Assembly (NCBI GenBank): GCA_012295275.1
Contig: CM022668.1
Location: 8,804,001-8,868,000 of the forward strand
Direction: 5' to 3'
DNA length: 64,000 nt
DNA from: Chrysomallon squamiferum
Taxonomy: Eukaryota; Animalia; Mollusca
The notes under the pieces were generated by a model. That model was not told the DNA's origin. It searched no databases and saw nothing but the letters and a program-made list of their open reading frames with translations. Positions 25,575-40,265 of this stretch are shown one piece after another. The stretch's first letter is position 1. Every line of letters starts with the position of its first letter. Both the position numbers and the translations under genes were made by a program.

Positions 25575-25860
25575 CAATCAATGCCGAGACGTGAGGCCTT
25601 CGCTCTGTCGTCCTGCGTAAGGCAACGACGTTCTCTCTGAATGGCCGCGGTTCAATGACGATGTGGTCCACATTGCTGTGGTTCACAACCGGCCCATTCA
25701 TGACTGGCACGTGAGACCAGGCTACGAGGCTCGCCGCGATAAAAAGCGTCCTGTTGACAAAATCCTTAAAGTCAACGCATTGACAAACACCCCAAACATG
25801 CCAATTTGATAAGTCTTAAACGCTCTTTTTTTCAAGCCTGTGAAATAGTCGACCGGGTAA
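25575..25860. promoter_or_regulatory. CpG-rich islet, candidate internal promoter or enhancer
   Basis: About 20 CpG in ~290 bp against a CpG-depleted background; E-box CACGTG at 25708. Confidence 0.5.
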
Positions 25861-26546
25861 TTTATCTTTAAAAAGTCCTTACAAGATGCTTAAAACAAAT
25901 GTTGTACAAGACTGATACCAACTGTCAGTTTTTTAAACTGGTGGGGTTAATAAATTTAAAGAAGATGTATTTGTTAGAACTGAAATAATGTTTAAAATGG
26001 TGATTGGTATTTTTAAATTTTGTACACTGTTTCATGCTCAAAACCATTACTACTATAAATCATTTAAAAATTACTGGTTTAAAACTATTTAAATTATATT
26101 TGTTTGGACATTATTGGAAGTTTAGTGTTTCAGTTAAGTAAATGTTTGAACAATCTTTTCTAATAACAATCATTGTAAACTGACCAACAGTTAATTTTAA
26201 GTCAAGTCATTTCTGGTTTTCATGATGTATAATGAAAGTTTATTAAATTCAAAATTTGTGAAGACAATGAATCTTTTTACACATTTACTTGTATCTCACT
26301 AGTTTATGTATATACAAGTGTATATAAACATACATACATTCAGAAACATACAAAAGTACTGATACATTCATAAACATACATGTATACTGATACATTCAGA
26401 AACATACAAATGTACAGATATATTCAGAAACATACATATATACTTATACATTCATAAACATACAAATGTATATCATTACAAATCCAGTCTTATTTGATAA
26501 ACAAACACATGTATTCATTCACAAGTGCATCTAAACTGATGTGAGG

Positions 26547-26582
<36 letters not shown>

Positions 26583-27898
26583 CGTGCGTGTGTATGTGTG
26601 CATGTGTGTATGTGTGTGTGAAGTAAAATCAACATGTGTGCAACATAAATTTATATTCATTTAAAAAACCATTAACATTAAAGCACACAACACATACCAC
26701 ATACAAATAAATTTAAAGAAAAGAAAAAAATACTCACTAATGTGTATTTTAAACACAATACAACCTTCTTCCACTTTTTTCCCAAAATAATAATTTACAA
26801 ATGGTATTTCAGATACAAACAGGAATAAAAAGAAATAATATAAACAGATGTTTTAAAAAATTATCTTTCATATTTTATTATTAAAAAAAAATAATGAAAG
26901 GAAATATTGATGTAAAATGCGATGACTAATAGGTATTTTGACAACACAATACGTAATCATTTTGTCATTACTAAGCATGTATTAATAGTGAAACGTAAAT
27001 AGAACTTTAGTCACTAAAATAACAAACAATTCATTTCAATCATTATTAACAGTTGTAACATATATATATATATATGTATATATATGTTACAAGTTTTTTT
27101 GATTATATTTTGATATCATAATTATACTAGATTAACCATTAATATTATCATTTCATTTTTGAAATACTAGTAATAATAATTTTAATAATAATAATAATAT
27201 TTCTAATAATAATTATTATTATTATTAACTATTTATTATCATCATCATCATCATAATCATCATCATGATGAACTGACTACTGTATCAAAAAGTAATTTAA
27301 AAAAATATATATTTAATAATGCAAAACAATAACAAGGAAAAATCTCAAAAAACATCTTGGAACTATATATAAAAAAAACAATTATTCAATCATTTATTAA
27401 TATTGGCAAAATCGCATTTTACTACATGTGACAAGTTTCTAGTAACAAAAACATCTCTCTTTTTTTTTTATAACTCTTGTTAACAAAAACTGGGTTGGGG
27501 TGGGGTGTTAGATTTTATTTGTCTTCTAATCAGTCAACTTTTCACCAGGTGGTCCACGACACAGTGTTGTCAGCAAACAGATTATCACTCAGCAGGCAAG
27601 TCAGTGTACTTGTTGTGAGAGATGTCGTTCTACATGTACAGATACCTACCAATTATTTTTTATCCTCACTAGGGGCAGGGAGACAGGGTACACAATGAGT
27701 CTAGAACTGAGTGAGACAGGGAGGGGAAGGTATGTGTGTGTGTGTGTGTGTGTGTGTGTACACTGATACAAATGTGAGAAAATATGAGTAACAGTGAGTC
27801 AAAGTGCAAGTGTAAACATTGAAACATGTCACCTGTTTGTACTTTTGAAATTTCCATTAGAAGAGAAATGTAGGAGAGAGAGAGAGAAGACACAAAGA

Positions 27899-27902
<4 letters not shown>

Positions 27903-27993
<91 letters not shown>
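27903..27993. repeat. (GA)n microsatellite (similar tracts at 29308-29406, 35305-35358, 36113-36185; (CT)n at 30316-30382)
   Basis: Direct reading. Confidence 0.97.
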
Positions 27994-27995
<2 letters not shown>

Positions 27996-28272
27996 CAAAA
28001 GCAAAATAAGAACTAAAAAATGGGAAATAATTCTGTAATTAGGAAGTGCTAGGATTTAAAAAAAAAAAAATAATAATAATAATAATAATGATAGCATATT
28101 TTTCTCAATTTAATAATAAAAATTAGTTTAAAAAAAAATAATAAAATGTATTTCTATTTTAGATTTGTATTCCACAATTCCCAAGTGATCTTCATTAAAT
28201 GAAAGCCAACCTGCTACCAATTAACTGCAAAGAAATCTCTTCTTTTCTTTTTCTTCTTTCTTTTTTTTTAAA

Positions 28273-28325
<53 letters not shown>

Positions 28326-28924
28326 GACATCAAGGAAAATAAAAAAATAATACAAAAAAAGAAGAAATATAGTATTATTAATAATAATAATAATAATGTA
28401 GTCAGCTAAACTACTGATGAGGGATTTGATCTAGCAATCTTCCACATACCACAGATCCACAAACACAAATATTACTAAACATTAAAAAAAAAAAAAAAAA
28501 AAAAAATGCTATTTTTAACACATTATTAACAAATCAAATCAAATTTAAAATTCAAAAAACAATAAAAATTCAAAAAAAAAAATAAAAATAAAAATAAAAA
28601 ATAAATTAACAAATGGTAACAAGTACTGATCCCTCAACCTATGGATCAAACTGAGGTGTAACGCACCGAGTAATGCAAGGAGGTGATGTAAGATTATTAT
28701 TTCGTGGCTGTGTAACAACAGGTTGCACTGACAGGTGACTTTCTGTGACATTTTAACTACAGATTATGGCAGATTAGTAAGAAGTTATTACCAAATGGCA
28801 TGTCTGTGAAATGGTTTATTGTTATGATTTGACTCCCATTAATTTATTTTTATTTTTATTTTCTTACAGTAATTCTTTTGGATTATAGGAATATATTATT
28901 ATAGAAGAAAGGCTAAATTTTGTC

Positions 28925-28957
<33 letters not shown>

Positions 28958-29305
28958 CTGTGTGTGTGTGTGTCTGTGTGTGTGTGAGTATGTGTGTGCA
29001 TTCGTGAGTGTGCATGCGTGCATGCATGTGTATGTGTGATGTGCGTGTACAAGTGTGTGAGTTTCTATTTTTTACAGCTATATGTTTTATATGCAGTTTT
29101 TTCAAACAGGAATGAACAATTTAAAACATTCAGTACAATGAGAAACAACTGGATTTATTATGCCAAAGGCAATTTTATAGCTACGTATCATTGTTAATAG
29201 ATCGTAAAAAATATTAGCTCTTTGTTATATAATCATGAGAGATACACAGATAAGGCAATAACAGAAATATATAGAAAAGATAGCTGGAGGAAAAGAGAAA
29301 ATAAA

Positions 29306-29409
<104 letters not shown>

Positions 29410-30314
29410 GAGACTAGGAGAGACAAATACTGAGTATGTATGTACCCCTTACATGTGGTTTTACAATGTCACAGGCTACGACTTGCTTTGAAATAAGATT
29501 AGCACGATAATCCAGAAATACCTGAACAGGTGGCTGGAAATCAAAGAGAACAACACCTCAGCTGATCTGTTTGTAGACTGGTATTATCTACACAACACCA
29601 TGTAATCACTGTGAGGTTTGGGACATACCGAGTTTATTAAGAGGTCGACTGGTAAATATCATAATCACATGTTTTAATCTTAACGTACTGACGTCATTAC
29701 ACAACTGAGTTAATGTAGCTGTGATGGTGTGGGCACAGTGTAGATATACTTGATACATTTCACGAGTGATCGTTTGGTTTTAAAAATGTACTTACAAGCA
29801 GCTGTCAAGTTCACTGACAGCAGTTTTGTTAATAATAAAGTACTTCAACAAACTAACAAGTTAGTGATAATGTACTGATGTGAAATTATTGTGTTAATAA
29901 TGTACCTTTGTTACAATGCCAATACATTTCTTGTACTTTTAAGTCATAGCTTTATATGCTCATAAAAAAACAATATTTATTAACAATAAAGTATTTCAAT
30001 AAAGTGTATCTGTGACACTTTAACTACAGAATATGACAGTTGTTAAGAAAATATTACAAAATTGCTTATATATGTGACAGAGTATTGTTGAGGCCAAGAT
30101 AAATTTAAATATAATTTTTTGTTTCTTTATGTCATTTTACAGAAATAAAGAAATAATACACACATATTTTCTGTGTCAATCAAAAACACTCACAAACATG
30201 TACAATAGCAACAAGCCTAACAAGAGTTATTTTTTATGACATGATTCCACTGTTATAACAAATGAACAGGGACCAAAACACACTCACACACTCACACACA
30301 CACACACACACACA

Positions 30315-30386
<72 letters not shown>

Positions 30387-31556
30387 ATTTATACTTCTCA
30401 AACAAAAACACAAACCACAGGAAATAAACAATTCATTCATTAAACAGTGATGGCCTTGAAACAACATCCGTTTCTTTCAATAACTGCAGTCGAACGTCTG
30501 TAATAAAAATCACACATTAAACCCGAAGACATCATCACCAAAACTGAAAAACAAAACCTGCTCGGACAAACAATGACAGACACCACAGGCAGCAACCAAC
30601 TAAACATCATCGATGTTGTCACCAGAAAAAAAATATTCTCCATGTCAGAAACAAACATCATTGGTAAGCAGTAAAAAAAAAAAAAAAAAAAAACATGTTT
30701 AAGAAAAGGAACAAACCATGAAGCAAGGCAGTTAAACGAGATTTATTTGTCTGCTGGAAGTGGACATGTTGTTAAACACTGACCAAGAAGTTAACAGCAT
30801 GAAATTTTGTACTCGTCATGAAAGAAAGAAAGAAAAAAAAACAACCAACAGGAGGCTTTCTTTCTTCCCCAGCTAGGTGGAATAAACTGGAAGTCAGTAA
30901 ATACTGCATGGACTCTTTGCCTCTGATGTAGGTAAACACCATAAACACAGGTGGGGCCTTGGTCAAGATATTTTGTCTGGAGAAAGAATCTTAACTTTCT
31001 GGACCAAACCTCCGAGTAGAATACTCTGAAGGCTAGTAAAAAAAAAAAAAAAAATACAGGAGGTCTTTTCGCACTGGGCAGCTATTAAGATGTTTTCTCT
31101 GAAAAAAAAAAAATATCAGTTGCAGGATCAAAACCTCTTAGTGGCCTGAGCTGTAGTATTCTCAGTCCACATGGTTTGAAAGCAAGTTTAGTAAAAAAAT
31201 AATCTTTCTGCTAATGAAGGTAAATGTGAAGATCAAAGTGCACCTGCTGTGTTATAAATGAACGGTGTGCATATGTTTTTCATACTCCCCAGTGATCGTT
31301 TTATTTATAACCAGAAACTAATTTTCTCAGTAATAAACCCAGGAGAATATATTGAAAATATTTTTTTATTTTTGACACATGAAGACTGGAAAAATCCATC
31401 ACATGCTAAGAATCAGAGCAACACTGCAGTGATTTTCTCTATCCACTCAAATTATGTCTATGGTCATTTAAAACTTATACATATTTAATTTTTTTATTAT
31501 TTTTTTTATTATTGTTGTCATTACTATATTATTATTATTACTGTGCTATTACTAAG

Positions 31557-31597
<41 letters not shown>

Positions 31598-31933
31598 TTA
31601 TTATTATTTTGTTGTTGTTGTTGTTGTCATACTTTATTATTAGCAAAGATTTTGTCAGTTGCAATTACTAGGTAATTTGTACCCATAACCAGTTAAAATA
31701 CACCTGGCCAAAAGATCTTACAACTGAATGACACTATCAATACCAAGGCACTTTAATATGTTAATCTATTGTACACTGCAATTCAATTAACCTTGCAGGA
31801 GGGTCCTCTCCACTGAAGTCAGTAAACATCATAATCACTGATCAGCTGTGGCTATCAAAGCTTATCTGACGAGTACATGGCCTGAAGATCAAATCTCCTT
31901 AGTGGCTTAATATTATTTATTTTTTTCTTTCGT

Positions 31934-31965
<32 letters not shown>

Positions 31966-33846
31966 TTTTTTTTAAACGTGTGTAATGTATCAGGATTAAG
32001 GAATCTCACTATGCTTGCATATTTCCACATCCACAAACCTCTCATTTACACAATATGAGTATCAGAGGAATCAGCTTTTCTGGCTTTAGAAATCTGCCAG
32101 TAATCCAAGAAAACAAAATACCCACATGAGTTTAATAAAAAAATATATATGTATATTATTATTTTGTTTATTTTTCAATACCTTTATACCCATGTTAAAA
32201 ACTTATTGTTACTGTCAATATTATTGGTGTTGTTGTTATTGATGTTGCTGATGTAGATGTTGTTAATAATAGTAGAACTAGTAACAGTAGTGGTAGTCGT
32301 AGTAGAGTTGTAGCTCTACTATTTGAAGTAGTGGTAGTGATACTTTCTAGTAGTAGTAATAGTAGTTGTTGTTGTTGTGGTTGTAGTGACAGTTGCTGCT
32401 GTTATTATTGCAGAAAGAAATGCAACAGGTGCAGCAGTAGAAGTAGTAGTAGCAGTTGTAAAAACAGGCGAAGTAATAGTCATGGAAATAGCAGTAATAG
32501 TCTTGGAAATAGTAGTAGTAATAGTCTTACTATAACATAAACACAGAAATCAGAACATATACATCTTCATGATTATTATTATTTTCCTTTTCTTTTTTCT
32601 TTTTAATGATTCTGGAGATTATTTTCATACTTTTACTTCTCTTTTTTTTTTATCTTCTTACAGTACTTTTAATGGAAGTTCTGATCACAACACATAAGTA
32701 GATGCAGGATATGCATCCATTAATTACCAAGCAATGTTGTAATACCATCAGTCCCCAGTTAAAACGACATGAAAAGAATTAATGTTACGCTCTTAACCTG
32801 CGTTGCATGAAATATTTCATGCTCAACGACGCAACTACAAGCGTTTAATTCTCTGTCTATGCAGCAGATTACGAGCACAAAAGATTCTTAAAAGAACCGA
32901 TGAACTCTTTTTTTGTAGCGAGTACAAAATGTTTTATGGCAGCCATATTGAATTCTGTCAATCTGGCTATTCTTCTTGTGAATTCTTTCGAGTAATTCTT
33001 AACAAGCCTGACATTTTTTCTCTCTTTTCTTTTACCTTCTATCTTCTTTTTGTCCATCCCTTTTTTTTTTTTTTTTTTTTTTTTTCTGCCAGATAATTTT
33101 TGAAAGGAATAAATAAGATATTTCATTATAGTCTAATTGCACTAATCAATCAATTTAATTACATTCCTTCATTTTATGACTTTCTTTAAAAAAAAAAAAA
33201 AAAAAATTTATATTTTTTTTAATATATTATTTTTTTAAATGAAAGAAGAAAGCTTTGATAATTTTTAGAAAAATACTATTCCTACTACTACTACTACAAA
33301 AACTACTACTTATATTACTGCTACTTCTGTTACTGGTAATACTGTTACCACTACTTCTGCTACTATTACTATCATAAATACTACTATTTATAATAATAAT
33401 TTCATTACTTTTTTTTTAAATTATAGATCCAAGTTCCAAAGGATATTACTCTAATACTATAACTACTAGTACCATTACACTACTGCCACAATCTCCACTA
33501 CTGTTTCTGCTACTGCTAGTACTACTACTACAACCACAACCACAATTATCAATAAAAATAATATGCAATGATTAAAATGAAAAAAAGAAAAAAAAAAAAG
33601 TATGTAAGAATCTATTCAGATCCTTAAACCTTTTAAATGAAATGAAAGAAACTGAAATAACAAAAAGTGAAAATAAGAAAATGAAGAAAAACAACTGAAA
33701 AACAACACAAGCAGTGTAAACATTAACCCAAGGAGGTTGAATCTGAAATCAGTATTTAACACCTGAAAACATTTTTCTTTTTACATATTAATGGGTATAA
33801 AATACACAACATGTCTGTAATGGGTAAGAGTCATAAAGGAAACCTG

Positions 33847-34048
33847 CACTGTAACCCCAGGGGTCACTCCTACAAATTACACTGAAACCCCAGGGGTCAC
33901 TCCTACAAATTACACTGCAACCCCAGGGGTCACTCCTACATATTACACTGCAACCCCAGGGGTCACTCCTACAAATAACACTGTAACCCCAGGGGTCACT
34001 CCTACAAATTACACTGTAAACCCCATGGGTCACTCCTACAAATTACAC
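33847..34048. repeat. 33-bp minisatellite, 6 copies (cactgNaaccccaggggtcactcctacaaatta)
   Basis: Units start at 33847, 33880, 33913, 33946, 33979 and 34012. Confidence 0.97.
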
Positions 34049-35288
34049 ATTAACAGCAAGACACCTTTAACATGCATCATTTTACATATAAGAAAACATA
34101 ACAAGGCCTCTGTGATTTTATACTTATGTGTCTGTGTATGTGTATGTATATACATATATATATCTATGTATTTTTTATTAGTAGTATATATATATTTATA
34201 TATTTAGACTCGTAGAAAGAGTTTATTTATAATCTGACCAAGTCATCTTTATATTCAAGTCCTGTTAAAATTTACATCATCAACATCATCATAATGATCA
34301 TCATCATCATATTAATTTTTCTTTATATTTTTAATTCTCATCGAAATTCACATAAATGATTATGACAATCATTCTTCTCCTTTTTTTCTTCTCTTTATTA
34401 TTTTTTTATTATTATTGTAATTATTATTATTATTATTATAGTTATCATTATTGTTAGTTATTATTTATTATTATTATTATTATTATTGTTATTTTTATTA
34501 TTATTATTGTAATTATTATTATTATTGTTGTTGTTGTTTTTGTTGTTGTTATTATAATTGGTATTATTATTATTATTGTTGTTATTGTTATTATTGTTAT
34601 TTATCCAAGCTTTCTTTTTATTTAAATTCTCCACTAAAATTCACATCAATCTTCTTTGACATACTTCTCTGACCTTACATGTGAAGATTTAGTTTATCGA
34701 TATCTATACAGCTATTTACCTGTAAAGTGTTTTAACACCTGTCCTTCATACAGGTAACAGTAATAAAAATACACTTACCCTGCTCTTTCTCACACTACAA
34801 TTTGTTTTCTGAATCCAATGCCTGCCTGATTACCTGGACAATCAGAACATCTTTTAACACAACTGAGGTGAACAGAAGGCTTCCATTAAAAGGTAAAAAA
34901 AAAAAAAAAAAAAAAAATACAGGTGGGATAGGTAAGAAATGAGTTTATAAGTAAGAAGAATGATTACAGGTGTGACTTCAGGTGTGCCATCATCATCATC
35001 AACACATTAATATAGATATACCTGACAGGTTCGGTGGTTCTTATTTTAAAAGGTGCAAATCGTATAAATTGAAAACTTTCAAGATGAAAGAGGTGATAAA
35101 GTCATTTAAGTAATGGAGTAGTAAGTAAATTGAAGTAAGAGGTAAAAAGATTAAAGAGTGAACTTGTTCTTCTGTTTTTTATTTTATTTTATTTTTTTTG
35201 AATATGTGTGGGTGAATGGTTGATGGATGGATGGATGGAGGGATGGATAGATGGATTGCCAGATGAATGTGAGCTTGGGTGTGGGGTC

Positions 35289-35362
<74 letters not shown>

Positions 35363-36110
35363 TATGAGTGTTTGTGTATGTTCGAATATGAGTGTGTGTT
35401 TGTGTTTATGAATGAATGAATATATATCCATTCATGCATCTGTGTATATATATGACTGTATATGAATGAATGAATTTTACATATGTATGTATGTCCATTC
35501 ATGCATCTAAGCACACGTTTTTAAATGGATGGTATGCAGAATAATAGGTAGGTTAAACAGGTATGTATTATATATGTGGTTGAGTTGTCTGTGTATGCTG
35601 TGTGTATGTATATTTTATACATTCAGGTTTCTGACGATTATGTATGCCACAGATACATAAAAAGAACATTAAATGATATAAAATAAAATTAAATTAAAAT
35701 TCGGAATTTAGAAATTATATTCATAAACATTTAATATTTTAAAAGTACCAAACAAAAGAAACCAGAAATCAAAAACTACTGTTTCAAAAAGCAAAATAAC
35801 TATTTAAAAAAAAAAAAAAGACAAAGCCGCAAGAATTTGAAGTGAAATATCACGAACTGTTTCGACATAAACAATCTCTGTTACTGTCAGGTATACAGGT
35901 TTTCCACATTAAGGTAAGCTACCGGATTCAACAAACAACATGTAAAGTGGATCTGACTGGATTAAGTCAGTAATTCAAGAGTTTCTTAAGTTTAAAGTGC
36001 TTACCTCTTGTTTGTTGTCTGTCTTTATCAATGCCATGATGATTGAAATCTTTATCTTAAGTTAAATATGTCCGTATGACGAATTCCTAAAGAAAAAGTT
36101 TAGTGAAGGG

Positions 36111-36186
<76 letters not shown>

Positions 36187-37609
36187 AAGCAAGAGACAGA
36201 AAAGAAAGAGAGAAGAAAGAATGAGAGAGAGAGAAAGAGAGCAAGAGAGACAGAAAAGCAAGAATGGGAGAGTGAAAAGAGAGCAAGAGATAAACTATAT
36301 TATAATATATAGATGTTACTATTAATTCATGCCACAAGTATACTTTGTTATAAGCAAATATTGGTACCATATGACACATTTTAAGGCTAAGAGAAAGACA
36401 GAGGGAGAGAGAATGAAAGACAAAGAAAATGAAAAGAATGAATGAACAAGAAAGGTCAGAATGTTTTTAAAATAACAGTCCTATAAAATTCTCCAACCTA
36501 CCCCATGCTGAAATATAAAACTATGGATATATAAATGCATATTAATTTCCATGTTATGATGTAATAAAATTCATATTAATCTCAAATTACATTTAACCTA
36601 CTACAAAAAAAAAAATATTGATATAAATTGTTTTCAAACAGTTCTACTATAACATTTCAAAACTGTATTATTCACAGTATACAAACATGTTATCAAAAAA
36701 TATTTTCAAAAAGCACAATATTATGAATATTTCAGAAAATTTTATACATGGTCATAATTTCCGTGAATTAATTTTGAAAAGCAAATTCTAAATTAAAGGG
36801 AGACTGCTCAAAAGAGGACTTTTGCTAAATCATAATTCCACCAAAACAAAATCATTTTTATGGTCCTGTTATTTATGAAAGTTTTAAAACACTGCTGAGA
36901 AATTTCACTGCAAACATTTTACAGCCAGCAATACAGATTGTATGAATTACTTGCAAAGACATACTTAAAAACAAATTTCAAATTACTTTATTTTCGTGGT
37001 CCCAAAAACACAGATTCATGAATTTCGAAAAAAGGACACCACTGTAAAAACTTCCAATTTGTTTTATTCACAGACTGAGAACATGGATGAGTGAATTATT
37101 TTTACGAGTTTGCGACAAACAGAGGAATTACAAATGTACGAATGAGTAAACCTATTGACTGTGTATCGTGCTGTCAAGGTTTGACGTTGTGGTCAAGAAG
37201 ATGTGGTATACATGGGTAAGTAAATAACTACAGAAATGAACCTCTGATTTATATAACAGCATGAGCACTGAATAACCCAAGCAAAACAGATTACAGTTCA
37301 GAAACAGATCACTTTTTTGTGTATGCAACTATATACAGTACACAAATTTGTATGACAAGATAAATTTGTGAAATATATGTGTTTGTGTTTGTGTTTGCTG
37401 AGTATTTATGCACACACCCATATACACACAAGCACAGACATACATACAAATAGTTATACATACATATATAAAAATAAATTATTCAAATGCACATATATAT
37501 ATAAAACACATACACACATACACACATACACTCATATACATAAAACACTTACACACTAACATACTTATACACACACACACACACACACACACTCATACAC
37601 TCTCTCTCT

Positions 37610-37685
37610 CACACACATTTTTCATGATAAAACCAGACATATATTTACACATATCTATCAGACATATATTTACACACAGACATAT

Positions 37686-37739
<54 letters not shown>

Positions 37740-37821
37740 TTTTCATGATAAACCTACATCTACCAGACATATATTTACAAACACCTAGACATACGTGTAC
37801 ACACACATTCAGAAACACAGA

Positions 37822-37862
<41 letters not shown>

Positions 37863-37915
37863 TTTTTCATGATAAAACCCACACCCACCAGACACACATA
37901 TTTACAAACAGACAC
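37610..37915. repeat. ~122-bp compound repeat (cacatttttcatgataaa...ccagaca) with embedded CA/CT tracts, 3 copies
   Basis: Core at ~37614, ~37735 and ~37859. Confidence 0.8.
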
Positions 37916-39369
37916 ACACACACACACACACACAGACACACACACAGACCTGTTTTTCAAAATAACATGACACTGCACATTACCACTGTCAAGCGGGCTG
38001 TGTAAATTATGTTCAATTGGGCAAAAATAAACGAGTGCACACCTTAATGCTTCTACAACATCTACAGTTACCAGCGACTGAAACTCATCCCCAGCCTTAA
38101 TCTGACCCACCCCCATGCCCACTCACCCGCCACGCTTTGTCGACTCAGGGTGGGAACTGTTTGAAAATGCTGTCACAGGGTCTCAGTTGGTAGGGTGTGG
38201 CCATGTTGTTTGCATGTTGCCGGGACGTATCGAATTTTGAAATAATCTTCTGTCGAATCTGAAATCGTGGATTACCCTGGGTGACACGAGGAGGGGTGGT
38301 GACTTTCTGTGGTATTAATTTGTGTCTGGGGCTTGGGGTGTGCATGTCTTGCTGGTGAAATGGTAACAGTAGTAGTAGTTTTGTGAAAAAGTGTATGTGT
38401 GTGTGTCTGTGTGTGTGTGTGTGTGTTTGAGTATACTGATCTGCCTTCTTTACTTTCTTCTGGTTTTTTTTTTTTTTTTTTTTCTTTTCTTTTTTTTTAA
38501 ATCTTTTGTGAATTGTTACTGGTTATCATAAAATGCAGATGATGAAGGTGAAAAAGTACAAAAACATAATGCAATTGAAGAAAGTGCAAATTTCCATTTC
38601 ATTAACATTTTTAAATTTATATTATCTTGACTGCTGAATTTAAAAAAAAAAAAATTGAAATAAAATGAATAAAATATAATTTTAAAAAAGTAAAAAGAAA
38701 AAGAAATGTGACAGCAAATAATGTTAAATAATACATGTTATGAAAGAATAAGTAGAAGGAAGATCACAGTACAAAAAGAAAGAAAAAGAAAGGTGACTGA
38801 AAGAAAAAAGAACTCATGAAAAAGGTGAGAGACTGAAAGGAAATAAAACTAAAAAAGAAAGAAAAACAAATAACAGAAAAAACAAAAACAAAAAATGACA
38901 AACAAAACCCCACAAAGAAAGAAAGGAAAACAACAATAACAAAAAAAAAAATTTAAATTTAAAAAAATTAAGAACACAAAGAAAAACGTTAAAATTCACA
39001 CGCGTACATATTTATTTTTTTATTATTTGCTTTCTGTGACTTCAAGGTCAGAATAACAAAGACTTCATTGTTGTGGCCAGAATAACAAATATTTTCTCCA
39101 GAATTACAACAAATTCACTCTGCGGTCCTGAAATACTGGGAACTCTACTGACACAAGATCAGTTCTAACTAGAGACTTCAAAAAACAACAACTCTGATAA
39201 TCCGGAAGCCATATTGAAAAAAGGTCTTCTTTTTTTCTTTTCTGTTTTAGTACCCAAGTCAAATTCCTTTCTTTTGTAAGGTTCCAGAAAAACAAAACTG
39301 GAAGTCTTAAAGAGACTAGAAACATTATTTAGTTTGTAGAATTTGAGAAAATAAGTCTGAAAATATATA

Positions 39370-39745
39370 TGTTTGTGTGTGTGTATCTATGATTGTATGA
39401 ATAGATGTATGCATTCATTTTTCTATTTATATATATGTATGCAACTATGTATGTTTGTATGTATGTATATATGTTTGTATGTATGTATATATGTATGTAT
39501 GTATGTATTTATGTATGTTGTATTAATTATATATTTAGTTATGTATATGTATATATGTGCGTGAGTATGTGTAAGTGGGATGTTTGTGTTTGTGTGGTTG
39601 TGTGTTTATGTGTATGTATTAATGTATGTATGTATGTATATATATGCATGTGTTTGTATGTATCTACATTTATATGTATGTGTGTGTGTATGTATGATTG
39701 TATGTATGTATGTATGTATGTATGTATGTATGTATGTATGTCTGA

Positions 39746-39777
<32 letters not shown>

Positions 39778-39810
39778 GTGTGTATATGTATATATTCACA
39801 TATGAATGCA
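39370..39810. repeat. Degenerate (TATG)n tract
   Basis: Direct reading. Confidence 0.9.
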
Positions 39811-40225
39811 TGCATCTACTGAAAACAATTCTGCTAGGGAGGATTTAAACCAATCTTGAACAAATGACCAAAAGTTTATGTGTCTGATCCCCTCTAAGTG
39901 CTTCAAAGAGTCCGAAGCTGATAAGGGGATGGAACTCTACACACAACACAAATATGTGGACTTTTGAACTACACACAGTTGCGGCTAAGTCCTCTTTGAG
40001 GCCAGACAAGACGAGATCTGTGTCAAGTAGCTTACTGATAGATCAGAATCTCTCAGATCCCTGCTGAATGTAGGTCAAAGGTCATCCATCCATCTGAAAG
40101 CTTAAGTCTCCAGGATCAAAGCTAATTAAAGATGCTGATTTTTTTTTTTTTTTTTTTTTTTTTGTTATTCTCAATGTTTTTATTCCTTTTCATCATCTTC
40201 TGTTTTGTTTATTTATTATAATTAC

Positions 40226-40265
<40 letters not shown>

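Noticed and set aside
33788-34033. ORF with SVICRSDPWG repeats
   Set aside because: Translation of the 33-bp minisatellite; no splice or homology support.
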